The notes beneath the pieces were generated by a model. The model did not search any database. It saw only the letters and a program-made list of their open reading frames with translations, and had not been told where the DNA came from. Shown piece by piece: positions 44,747 to 53,153 of a stretch of 58,463 nucleotides of DNA. Positions within the stretch are counted from its first letter, which is position 1. Every line of letters starts with the position of its first letter. The DNA is taken from the IMG/VR virus record IMGVR_UViG_3300011400_000098, positions 1 to 58,463 of that record; one strand, 5' to 3'. Source of the DNA: a virus (Duplodnaviria > Caudoviricetes). Made by a program: the position numbers and the translations under genes.

Positions 44747-45438
44747 TATTCTGCTTCAACAACTCTCCCGCTCTCACCACTCTAGCACTCAACTACGGGT
44801 TCCTCTACGGCCACCGCACATCACAAGCTCCCCTGCCATCTCCGCCCTTCCCGCCTCCAGCGTTCCTCGACCTAGACCATCGTACGCCCGACAAACACTT
44901 CCCACGACACCTCGCTCTCGCAGCCCAACACCAACCCAAATACGCTATCGCAGGCGACGCCACTACCCCCGACGAGCTGAACAAAGCCCTGCAACGTGCT
45001 GAACAGCTCGCCCTGGTTGCACCCCACACCTACATCATCATCGTCCCAAAGACAGTAGACCTCATCAACAACACACCAACCGAATTCCCCTATATGACAG
45101 GCTATAGCCTCCCTACAGAATTCGGCGCTACCCTTGCGCCGCCTGCGGCCTATGGGGCGGCTGTGCAACCCCCACGAAAAATTCACATTCTAGGCGGCTC
45201 TCCGAAAGCCCAAATCCAGGCCGCATTGCTGATAGACCCTACTCTGGATAATATCGCAAGCGTGGATACCAACGCACACGTCAAGGCAGCCCAGGTAGGA
45301 ACGTATTGGGACGCGTTTAGTAACAAATGGAAACGAATGCAGCGCAATACAAGTCGCGTCCAACAAGACCACCTTATCCCAGCGTTCTGTAGGTCGAGTA
45401 GGTCTATCCAACAAGCCTGGAAGATATGGTCACCTTAA
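44728..45438 (+). CDS. TGT/DpdA-like TIM-barrel protein (DUF6610-like)
   Basis: FLDLD, YAIAGD, IIVPK, GYSLPT.FG, KIHILGGSP..Q, SVDTN...AAQVG.YW. Confidence 0.6.
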   Translation: MGHPDLIFCFNNSPALTTLALNYGFLYGHRTSQAPLPSPPFPPPAFLDLDHRTPDKHFPRHLALAAQHQPKYAIAGDATTPDELNKALQRAEQLALVAPHTYIIIVPKTVDLINNTPTEFPYMTGYSLPTEFGATLAPPAAYGAAVQPPRKIHILGGSPKAQIQAALLIDPTLDNIASVDTNAHVKAAQVGTYWDAFSNKWKRMQRNTSRVQQDHLIPAFCRSSRSIQQAWKIWSP

Positions 45439-46994
45439 CCCCCGACAACGCAGCCCTTATTATTAATAAGTGGCTGCAAAGCTACGACCCTAATCGCGTC
45501 CCCTCATACGCAGAGAACAACCCTGTCGATTGGGGCGAGAAGAACTTTTACATCCCGTCTGACGCAGACAAGCCCACACTCATTAAGTTTCTGCCCCATC
45601 AAAAGACAATCATGCGATTGTTCTTCGACCCCACTATTGCACAAAAACTCGCTAACGCCCCCAGTTTCCAAACTCTAGTTTACTCAACTATTAAGAAGTC
45701 TGGCAAGACGGCTATTGCAGCTCTCATCGCCAGATGGATCACCGAGACGTGGGGTTCGCACAGCGAAGTCTTTAGTCTCGCCAACGACCTAGAGCAAGCC
45801 AGAGGTCGTATCTACCAAGCTGCCATCAACTCAGTAGAACTCGATCCTCGATACCATCGAGCTGACCGTGGTATCGCGCAATTGTGGCGTATCATCGAAC
45901 GCCAGGCCATGCACCTGCCATCGCACAGCATCCTAAAAGCGGTCTCGTCTGACTATAAGGGTGAAGCAGGGTCTAATCCTAGTGCTACGTTCTGGTCGGA
46001 GCTATGGGGCTACGAGACTGAAGCGAGCTTGAGGCTGTGGGAAGAACTCACGCCCGTCCCCACCCGCCCACGCTCGATTAGGTACGTAGAAACCTACGCA
46101 GGCTACGAAGGCGAATCCTCGATCCTGAACGACCTCGAAGATCGTATCAAGAAAGAAGGCGTGCGTCTTACCCTCGATCAGCTATACGCCCTCGGCTTCA
46201 CACAAGACGATTGGCCCTTCCCACCAGACGAGCCGTTGCCATTCTACGTCCACGCCCCCACGCGCACGTTCGCGTACTGGGATATGGGCGTTGAAGCGCG
46301 TAGAATGCCGTGGCAGACGCCACAATACTATCTCACGCAACAAGGCGAGCTACGCCCCTCCGCGTTTGATAGGCTGCACCTAAACATCAGAGTCTCCAAC
46401 GCTGATGAATTCGTACCCGACGAATGGTGGTCTAGGCTCGCAATCCCCTCCCTCGCCAACCCTCCAGGCCCCAACACGCCGCTCGTTGTTGGGGCTGATG
46501 CTAGCGTTACCGGCGACTGCACAGCGTTGGTCGCTGTTTCGCGCCACCCCGATCACCCCGATCAAGTGGCACAACGTCTATGCCGTGTCTGGCAACCTAC
46601 TCCTGGGCACCCCCTCGACTACTCACAAACTATCGAGCCTACACTACGCGAGTGGGCCGCCCAATACAACATTGTACAAATCGCGTACGATGAATTCCAG
46701 CTCCACGATTTGATGTCGCGGCTACGCAACGACGCGGTCGCATGGACGCGCAAGTTTGGTCAGACGCAAGATCGCCTCGTTGCAGACAAAGCTCTGTACG
46801 ACATGATCCGCGACCAGCGTATCCATCACACAGGCGACCCCACTCTGGCAGAGCACTTGCTTAACTGCGCAGCCAAAGTCCCACACGACGACAACACGCG
46901 CCTACGCCTAGTCAAGAAGTCGCGTCGATCTAAGATTGACGCTGCTGTAGCCCTATCAATGGCAGCCTCTGAGTGTTTGAGGTTGAACCTCTAA
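45426..46994 (+). CDS. terL: Terminase large subunit
   Basis: Walker A KKSGKT, ANDLEQA, nuclease GADASVTGD, IAYDEFQ, KIDAAVA. Confidence 0.95.
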   Translation: MVTLTPDNAALIINKWLQSYDPNRVPSYAENNPVDWGEKNFYIPSDADKPTLIKFLPHQKTIMRLFFDPTIAQKLANAPSFQTLVYSTIKKSGKTAIAALIARWITETWGSHSEVFSLANDLEQARGRIYQAAINSVELDPRYHRADRGIAQLWRIIERQAMHLPSHSILKAVSSDYKGEAGSNPSATFWSELWGYETEASLRLWEELTPVPTRPRSIRYVETYAGYEGESSILNDLEDRIKKEGVRLTLDQLYALGFTQDDWPFPPDEPLPFYVHAPTRTFAYWDMGVEARRMPWQTPQYYLTQQGELRPSAFDRLHLNIRVSNADEFVPDEWWSRLAIPSLANPPGPNTPLVVGADASVTGDCTALVAVSRHPDHPDQVAQRLCRVWQPTPGHPLDYSQTIEPTLREWAAQYNIVQIAYDEFQLHDLMSRLRNDAVAWTRKFGQTQDRLVADKALYDMIRDQRIHHTGDPTLAEHLLNCAAKVPHDDNTRLRLVKKSRRSKIDAAVALSMAASECLRLNL

Positions 46995-47082
46995 TGACAG
47001 CAAGCGACGACCATAGCACACTAAACCCACGCGGACCCCGTTGCTCGGCCTGGACTAACGGGCCAAGCCCAAGAGGGCGGCT

Positions 47083-47343
47083 GTGCGGTTGAGCCAAGCA
47101 ACTCCCCCCATCGCTAGGGGCGAAGAATACAGGAATCGCTTGCAGAAGTTCCTCACGCAAGGAACTCTGTATATACAGTCAACGAATCATGTGATAATCC
47201 GACGTCTGGTTCTAGAAGGTAATCAAAACTCTTTCGCTTACGGGATTTGCTGTTTTAGATGTAGCACAATCTCATGGACGCCTGATGATGTCAACGGAAG
47301 ATATTGCCCCAGTTGCAGAATCTACCACGGCGGTATCCAGTAA
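47083..47343 (+). CDS. Small Zn-finger protein
   Basis: GICCFRC..ISW..DDV..RYCPSC. Confidence 0.55.
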   Translation: MRLSQATPPIARGEEYRNRLQKFLTQGTLYIQSTNHVIIRRLVLEGNQNSFAYGICCFRCSTISWTPDDVNGRYCPSCRIYHGGIQ

Positions 47344-47551
47344 GTTCCTAGAATGGGGCGATATTATATATCAAAACCAAGACTACGCCATTATAAGGCG
47401 CTATTATATCAGCAACCTCTCGCACCCCTTCGCGCATCACTCAATGTACACCCTAGGCACACACGAGTACGGGATTGGTTGCTTCTCCTGCGGAAAAATA
47501 TCGTGGAACATCAACGACGTGAACGCCAGAAGTTGCACGATCTGTGAGTGA
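47285..47551 (+). CDS. Small Zn-finger protein, paralogue of the preceding ORF
   Basis: GIGCFSC..ISW..NDV..RSCTIC. Confidence 0.5.
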   Translation: MMSTEDIAPVAESTTAVSSKFLEWGDIIYQNQDYAIIRRYYISNLSHPFAHHSMYTLGTHEYGIGCFSCGKISWNINDVNARSCTICE

Positions 47552-47669
47552 CTGGAACTGGTTTTCGTTCGTGCTAGGAGGCGTTGTAGGTCTGTCTGCA
47601 ATGTGGCTAGCTACAGTGCTTTCTCAAGCGCAACACACAGAAGAAACCGACCGTCGTTTTAGACCATGA
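47544..47669 (+). CDS. 41-aa single-TM protein (not in ORF track)
   Basis: MSDWNWFSFVLGGVVGLSAMWLATVL...; ATGA overlap with the endolysin gene. Confidence 0.5.
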   Translation: MSDWNWFSFVLGGVVGLSAMWLATVLSQAQHTEETDRRFRP

Positions 47670-48487
47670 CTAGGCTCGACGTTCCTTATATATCCCAACT
47701 CATCAACGGATCAGGCGGCAACAACTGTGGCCCGGCCTGTCTGGCAATGACGCTGGCTGATAGGGGTGTGATACCCCCCACCCAAAGCGCCATGCTGCAA
47801 GTAGCCGACATCGCCCGCGACGGATCACTCAACAACGTAGGTCTAACGGGTGGCTACGTCAACTTCCAGCAGCTTGCAATGGCGGCCGGTTGGTACGGAC
47901 AGTCGGTTACTTGGATTTACTCTTGGGAATCTGTTGACCGCTCTATTCAAAACGAAGAAGCCGTAATAATCTTACTGGATAACATACCTCTCCAGCCACG
48001 TCAGTATCCAGTCTCCCCCTCATGGAACGCACATCATTTTATCTTACTTACTTCAACCAACATAGATAATAATCGCTATTCCAGTGACCCTCTCTCTTAC
48101 TACATCCAGGCTCCGTACTTCTATACCGAAGCCTCCACCAGACAGGGCGTAGCGAACCTCGGTGCTGTGCAGGCGATGGCGCTACAGCCTTTAGATCGTC
48201 CGCCCCCACCTCAGCCAGACCCGGAGATTATCATGTTGATGGAAGATTGGCAAATCAGACTGTGGGTGCTGGCTGACTTATATAGTTGGGCGGGAATCCC
48301 ATACAACCCTGACGATCCTACATCACAAGGTTGGGTCAATGCGCTCAGGTCTGGACATTATCTCGGCAGACCTCGTACGACTGGTCGCTCGTACGGGGAG
48401 GGCGATCAAGCTGGAGTTTGGGCCGAATTCGATTACGGCGTACTGTGGGCGCGAGCCTCAGACGGCGCTACAAGTTGGACAGGATAA
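47666..48487 (+). CDS. Putative endolysin (C39-like cysteine peptidase plus C-terminal binding domain)
   Basis: LDVPYISQ..NNCGPACLAM, HFILL, DPL catalytic pattern; Pro linker. Confidence 0.75.
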   Translation: MTRLDVPYISQLINGSGGNNCGPACLAMTLADRGVIPPTQSAMLQVADIARDGSLNNVGLTGGYVNFQQLAMAAGWYGQSVTWIYSWESVDRSIQNEEAVIILLDNIPLQPRQYPVSPSWNAHHFILLTSTNIDNNRYSSDPLSYYIQAPYFYTEASTRQGVANLGAVQAMALQPLDRPPPPQPDPEIIMLMEDWQIRLWVLADLYSWAGIPYNPDDPTSQGWVNALRSGHYLGRPRTTGRSYGEGDQAGVWAEFDYGVLWARASDGATSWTG

Positions 48488-48494
48488 TAATCAA

Positions 48495-48692
48495 GTGACA
48501 CTAACTGCAGAGCGTATGCCTGATGCTCCCACGCCTGTGCGTCCTGGGCCAGACAAGCCCGAAGTCGTAGAGCCGCGCAAGGCTCCTGACGACACCAAGA
48601 AGCCCACAAAGACACCTGAAGTCGTAGAGCCGCCTAAAGAACCTGCCGTCGCCCCCGAACCTCAGTATGTGCCTAGGCGTCAGCCAAGGTAA
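48495..48692 (+). CDS. Small Pro-rich protein with PEVVEP repeat
   Basis: 16-bp direct repeat at 48561 and 48618. Confidence 0.45.
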   Translation: MTLTAERMPDAPTPVRPGPDKPEVVEPRKAPDDTKKPTKTPEVVEPPKEPAVAPEPQYVPRRQPR

Positions 48693-48694
48693 AT

Positions 48695-50032
48695 GTGCGA
48701 CCCTGGCATATCGCAGGCTTCACTATCGGTGTGCTCGTCGTATTACTGCTGTTCCGATATTGTGAGCAGGCGGCGTATGGTCAACCGCTTCCTAGCCCGA
48801 TTACGCTATGCCACCTAAATCCAGATAACACCTACACAGAGCTTACTTTTGCTAATCCGAACTCAGCAGCAGCTCAAATACACATACAAAACCCAAACGA
48901 TCTAGTACCAGCGCCAGCAGGAGGCTGCCCATCAACACGCCAAACGAGAACACCAACGCCCCTCCCGCAGACACCGACACCGACGCAGACACCGACGTTA
49001 ACCGCATCCGCCACCTTTTCACCTACGGCGGTCGCATCATCGTCCCCGACCGCGGCACCGTTACCTTCACCATCACCGTCGATAGCTCCACTCCCGGCTA
49101 CCCCTTCGCCGTCCACGACGCCGACAATAATCTCCTCGGTGACGGCGTTATCACCGACCTCGGTTTCAACATCGAATCCTTCCACATCAACGCCCAACCC
49201 GACGTCCCCGCCAAACCAGAACCAGAACAACCAGCCAGCCAGTAACGACGGCACACAAAATCTGCTCGTCTGTGAAAGCTTGCCTGGCGGACTACGTGAA
49301 ATACGGATCAAAGAGAGAGAATGGCCGCAGTACCGCAGCCGAAGCACACAAGGGCCTTGTCGTACGCCAACTCCCTCACCTACCGCCTCAGCGACGCCCT
49401 CCTCGACAGCGCCATCGCCAGCTTCGAGCGCGACGAGCGAAGCGTCCCCAACGACGATAATCACGATCCAAGCAGACCCAGACCCTTCCAGCACAGCCAC
49501 GAACACACCCACTACGCCAGAATTAACACCACCCACAAACATTCCCACTGGCACGGAGACAACAGAACCACCAGAAACCATCACGCCGGCCCCGGCCCAA
49601 GAAACCGCTCCATTACCCGTACCAGTACCAGTACCGACTCCGCTGCTTAGCCCTACACAAACTCCTGTCATAGTCACATTGCCGCCATTGCTGGTTCCAG
49701 CCATACAAACCGTGATTGTACGAGAGATCGAAACGCAGCTCGTCGAGGTCACAGTTGTCGTACCGGCCGCAGCCACGCCAACGCCAACGCCTAGCATCAC
49801 CCCTACTTCGCTTCCAAATCCGAGCGGGCCTGTGGTTAATGGAACACGTACTAGTGTGGTCGGAACTCAACGTCCAACGGACACTAACGTTCTGCCTGAC
49901 AGTAATCGTTCTAATCTTAGTCTTTTTCTTAATTATGGCCCAGCCGATCCCATCATCCGGGCCTTAGTTCTCGCTTCCAGCGTAGGGATGGGTGTGACAC
50001 TTGGCTTCATCGTCGCCAGGCTCAGGCCCTAA
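48695..50032 (+). CDS. Pro/Thr/Ser-rich (mucin-like) surface or membrane protein
   Basis: N-terminal signal/TM, two small two-Cys domains, long PTS tracts, C-terminal TM with basic tail. Confidence 0.8.
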   Translation: MRPWHIAGFTIGVLVVLLLFRYCEQAAYGQPLPSPITLCHLNPDNTYTELTFANPNSAAAQIHIQNPNDLVPAPAGGCPSTRQTRTPTPLPQTPTPTQTPTLTASATFSPTAVASSSPTAAPLPSPSPSIAPLPATPSPSTTPTIISSVTALSPTSVSTSNPSTSTPNPTSPPNQNQNNQPASNDGTQNLLVCESLPGGLREIRIKEREWPQYRSRSTQGPCRTPTPSPTASATPSSTAPSPASSATSEASPTTIITIQADPDPSSTATNTPTTPELTPPTNIPTGTETTEPPETITPAPAQETAPLPVPVPVPTPLLSPTQTPVIVTLPPLLVPAIQTVIVREIETQLVEVTVVVPAAATPTPTPSITPTSLPNPSGPVVNGTRTSVVGTQRPTDTNVLPDSNRSNLSLFLNYGPADPIIRALVLASSVGMGVTLGFIVARLRP

Positions 50033-50048
50033 TGTCCCGCCAGCTCAG

Positions 50049-50336
50049 ATGGCGACGGCGGTGTTTGTCTTCAGACAAATCATCTGCTTGCTCTTTATCG
50101 TCGGCTGGCTGGTCATGTTCTGTTTCGATACCTTCTTCGATACAGGCGAGGCATTACTTCCATTTTGGTTTAACTGTATTGGTATGGGTGTGCTAGCGTT
50201 CTCGCTCGGAGTGAACGTTGAAAGCCTCATGTCATTTAGAGGCATCAGCATTGTCCCCACTACCGCAGAGCAGCCTCAACCACAATACACTACACCGCGA
50301 CCGCAGCCCTATGTGCCCCCGGATGCCAAAAGATGA
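50049..50336 (+). CDS. Two-TM membrane protein (holin candidate)
   Basis: Two hydrophobic helices; in the lysis region. Confidence 0.55.
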   Translation: MATAVFVFRQIICLLFIVGWLVMFCFDTFFDTGEALLPFWFNCIGMGVLAFSLGVNVESLMSFRGISIVPTTAEQPQPQYTTPRPQPYVPPDAKR

Positions 50337-50488
50337 GCGTATTTGATATCGTCCTCATCATCCTCGCGTGCGTGTTCTTCTTCATTGCTGCCGTTAGCCC
50401 CCACCTACGTAACAACCCGCAGCCTTCGATCAACTGGCTTGCGTGGGGACTTTTCTGCTGGGCGCTCAGCGTGCTACCTTGGTTCTAA
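50333..50488 (+). CDS. 51-aa two-TM membrane protein (not in ORF track)
   Basis: MSVFDIVLIILACVFFFIAAV...INWLAWGLFCWALSVLPWF; ATGA overlap. Confidence 0.6.
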   Translation: MSVFDIVLIILACVFFFIAAVSPHLRNNPQPSINWLAWGLFCWALSVLPWF

Positions 50489-50498
50489 GCTCAGCAAC

Positions 50499-51215
50499 GT
50501 GACGACTATTACGCAGGAAAAAGTCGGGGAGAGCCCGTTGCTTGGCCCGGATTGCGTTACGGCCTTGCCACCACGGCGTGCGCCCGCTCCGAAATTGTTG
50601 GACTTGTTCTGTGGCGAGGGCGGGGCTGGACACGGCTACTCATTGGTAGGGTTCGATGTGACGGGGGTGGATATCAGGGTACAGGAGCGATACCCGCACA
50701 GGTTCGTTTGCGATGATGCGCTAGAGCATCTTCGGCGTCATTGGCGCGAGTTTGACGTGATCCATGCGTCTCCGCCGTGTAGAGCGCATTCCCTTATGAA
50801 ATATGTGACACAAGAAGCCTACTTTGACTTCATTCCCGTGTTGCGAGACATTTTGTTACAAATCAGAAAGCCTTATATTATCGAAAACGTCGAAACGGCC
50901 CCTTTGCGCGACCCAATATTGCTATGCGGTGGAATGTTCGGCCTCAGGACGTATCGCCATCGTATCTTCGAGACGAATATGGTCATTCCTAGGCTCAGAC
51001 ACCACACACACGAACATCAAACGGCTCCGGTTGGGCGCTCTGCGTGTGCGAATGAGTATCTGAACCTTGTAGGGCACTTCCCCGACGTAGAGCTGGCTAG
51101 ACGTGTAATGTCGATGCCTTGGGCGTCCAGAGATGGGATCGCTGATGCTGTACCGCCTGCATACACACAGTATCTCGGTGAGTACGCTATGGCGTTCGTG
51201 GAGGCTTTCCGATGA
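50499..51215 (+). CDS. DNA (cytosine-5)-methyltransferase
   Basis: LLDLFCGEGG, IHASPPC, IIENV, RHRIFE; start uncertain. Confidence 0.85.
   Translation: MTTITQEKVGESPLLGPDCVTALPPRRAPAPKLLDLFCGEGGAGHGYSLVGFDVTGVDIRVQERYPHRFVCDDALEHLRRHWREFDVIHASPPCRAHSLMKYVTQEAYFDFIPVLRDILLQIRKPYIIENVETAPLRDPILLCGGMFGLRTYRHRIFETNMVIPRLRHHTHEHQTAPVGRSACANEYLNLVGHFPDVELARRVMSMPWASRDGIADAVPPAYTQYLGEYAMAFVEAFR
50504..50525. repeat. 22-bp palindrome copy 8 (GACTATTAC-GCAG-GAAAAAGTC)
   Basis: At the 5' end of the methyltransferase gene. Confidence 0.8.
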
Positions 51216-52705
51216 CAACATCTAACGTCAGATTGCCTCAGCCTGCGTCGAATGTCATCGAGGAGCCTGCTGTTGGCATAGTTCCTGGCCTCGGTGTCGG
51301 AAATCTGATTATTTCTGTTGCTTCTGCGGCAGATTCGATCACGCCGTGGGGCAACAACGTCAAGCAGCGCGACAACCAGCTCAGGCAGTTTTGGCCGACG
51401 GAACCCATCTTCGCTTCCGGACTTTTCACGACAGTATCGCAATATGTTGCGTTTGGATGGACGTTGACTGGCCCTCCCCGCTCGGTGGGCATTAGTCAAG
51501 AAGTATTAAGCAACTGTCAATTTGGGGCTGGTTGGGAAGGTCTTGTAGAGCCGTTTTTGATCGACTATTTCACACAGGATAACGGCGCGTTCATGGAAAT
51601 CGTCAGGACGGACGATGATCCTCGTGCGCCTGTGATAAGCTTAAATCACCTTGATTCTAAGTTGTGCGACCGCACGGGGCGCCATGACGAACCGGTGATC
51701 TACACGGATAATGTAGGCAATCGGCATTACCTCAAGTGGTACAACGTTGTTGCGTTGTCTGAGTTCCCGTCGCCCATCGAGGAAGCGTATGGGGTTGGAT
51801 ATTGCGCCTTGACGCGGTTGCTGCGCAGCGTCCAGACTATGCGCGATATTGGCATTCTGAAGCAAGAAAAAGCGAGTGGACGGTTCACTAGGCAAGTCCA
51901 CTTGGTCAGTGGAGTACAAACCAAGATCATCGAGGATGCCGTCGCGCAGAAACAGGCTGCAGCGGACGCCCAGGGCTTCCTACGATACATCCAACCTTTG
52001 ATCGTGGCGTCTCTTGATCCTACGTCGCGTGTATCGAAAGAAACTATCGACTTGGCTTCGATTCCTGAAGATTACGATGAGGTCAAGGCGCTGCAGACGT
52101 ACATTACGATCATGGCAATGGCGTTCGGTGGCGATTATCAATCTTATGCTCCGCTTCCTGGTGGCGGCCTCGGATCGGGCTCACAAAGTAAAATCCTCAA
52201 CATGAAGTCTCGGGGCAAAGGCCCTGGGCTGTTCATGAAGAAAATCGAACGCTTATTTAACTTTCATGGCGTCTTGCCTCGCACGGTTACGTTTAGCTTC
52301 GGAGAGCACGATTCTGCCGAGCAGATCGAGAAAACGGAGCTGCGCCGTTCACGCGCTCTCGAACGGGAAATCAGGATTAGATCGGGCGAAATCACGACTG
52401 AAGTTGCTCGTCAGCTCGCTGTTGATTGCGGTGATCTTGATGAGCGTTACTTGATTATGATGCGTGAGGAAAACGCCACTCACGAACACGTTGTAGACGA
52501 CACAGTGCCGTTCAATGAGCCGCAACTGGGCGATGTAGAGCCCGGTATGCCTGGCCCGAAAGAGCCTCCGAAAGCCACGCCCGGAGCGGTAAATCAACCT
52601 GCTAATCATAACGAGCGACGCCCACGCTCGCCTGCAACGTCACAAGGGCAGAACCCTGGTGGGCCTCCTGAGCCGCGTAGAGCGGGAGGTCAGCAAAATG
52701 GCTAA
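51212..52705 (+). CDS. Portal protein
   Basis: 497 aa before protease and capsid; DYFTQDNGAFMEI..ISLNHLDS pattern. Confidence 0.85.
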   Translation: MTTSNVRLPQPASNVIEEPAVGIVPGLGVGNLIISVASAADSITPWGNNVKQRDNQLRQFWPTEPIFASGLFTTVSQYVAFGWTLTGPPRSVGISQEVLSNCQFGAGWEGLVEPFLIDYFTQDNGAFMEIVRTDDDPRAPVISLNHLDSKLCDRTGRHDEPVIYTDNVGNRHYLKWYNVVALSEFPSPIEEAYGVGYCALTRLLRSVQTMRDIGILKQEKASGRFTRQVHLVSGVQTKIIEDAVAQKQAAADAQGFLRYIQPLIVASLDPTSRVSKETIDLASIPEDYDEVKALQTYITIMAMAFGGDYQSYAPLPGGGLGSGSQSKILNMKSRGKGPGLFMKKIERLFNFHGVLPRTVTFSFGEHDSAEQIEKTELRRSRALEREIRIRSGEITTEVARQLAVDCGDLDERYLIMMREENATHEHVVDDTVPFNEPQLGDVEPGMPGPKEPPKATPGAVNQPANHNERRPRSPATSQGQNPGGPPEPRRAGGQQNG

Positions 52706-53153
52706 ATGGGCTAGCTCGTTAAGAGTCTCGTTCACGCCTGTCACGGCACGTATGCGGTTCTTGCGTACCGCTGCGTTGATGCGCGACCTTGACGGTTCGA
52801 CGAAAGATTACGTTGAGGAATTGGTTGAGGTGTGGGCGAGCGACGAGAACATGCCGCCTCCGATCATCGGCCAGGACTACATTCGTACACATCGTATGCA
52901 AGATTCTTGGCGCGTCGTCCAGAAATCGACGATGAACAGAATCAGCTATACGTATGCCAACTACGTCACAGATCGTCGAGGCAAATACTACGCTCGTATC
53001 GTACATGGTTTTCGTGGCAAGCCCGAGGAGCAAGCAGAAATCCACGCAGGGCGTTGGAAAACCATTGACGATGCGTATGAGGAAGTCGGGTCGCACGAGG
53101 AATTCCGCGAGCGTACGCAGCGAATGATTGAAAAGTCGATGGGGGTACGTTGA
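52698..53153 (+). CDS. Putative head-completion / neck protein
   Basis: YIRTHRMQDSW...YARIVHG resembles HK97 gp10-like motifs; RBS GGAGG. Confidence 0.5.
   Translation: MAKWASSLRVSFTPVTARMRFLRTAALMRDLDGSTKDYVEELVEVWASDENMPPPIIGQDYIRTHRMQDSWRVVQKSTMNRISYTYANYVTDRRGKYYARIVHGFRGKPEEQAEIHAGRWKTIDDAYEEVGSHEEFRERTQRMIEKSMGVR

Noticed and set aside
48874-49800. 308-aa G/V-rich minus-strand ORF
   Set aside because: Mirror of the Pro/Thr codons on the plus strand.
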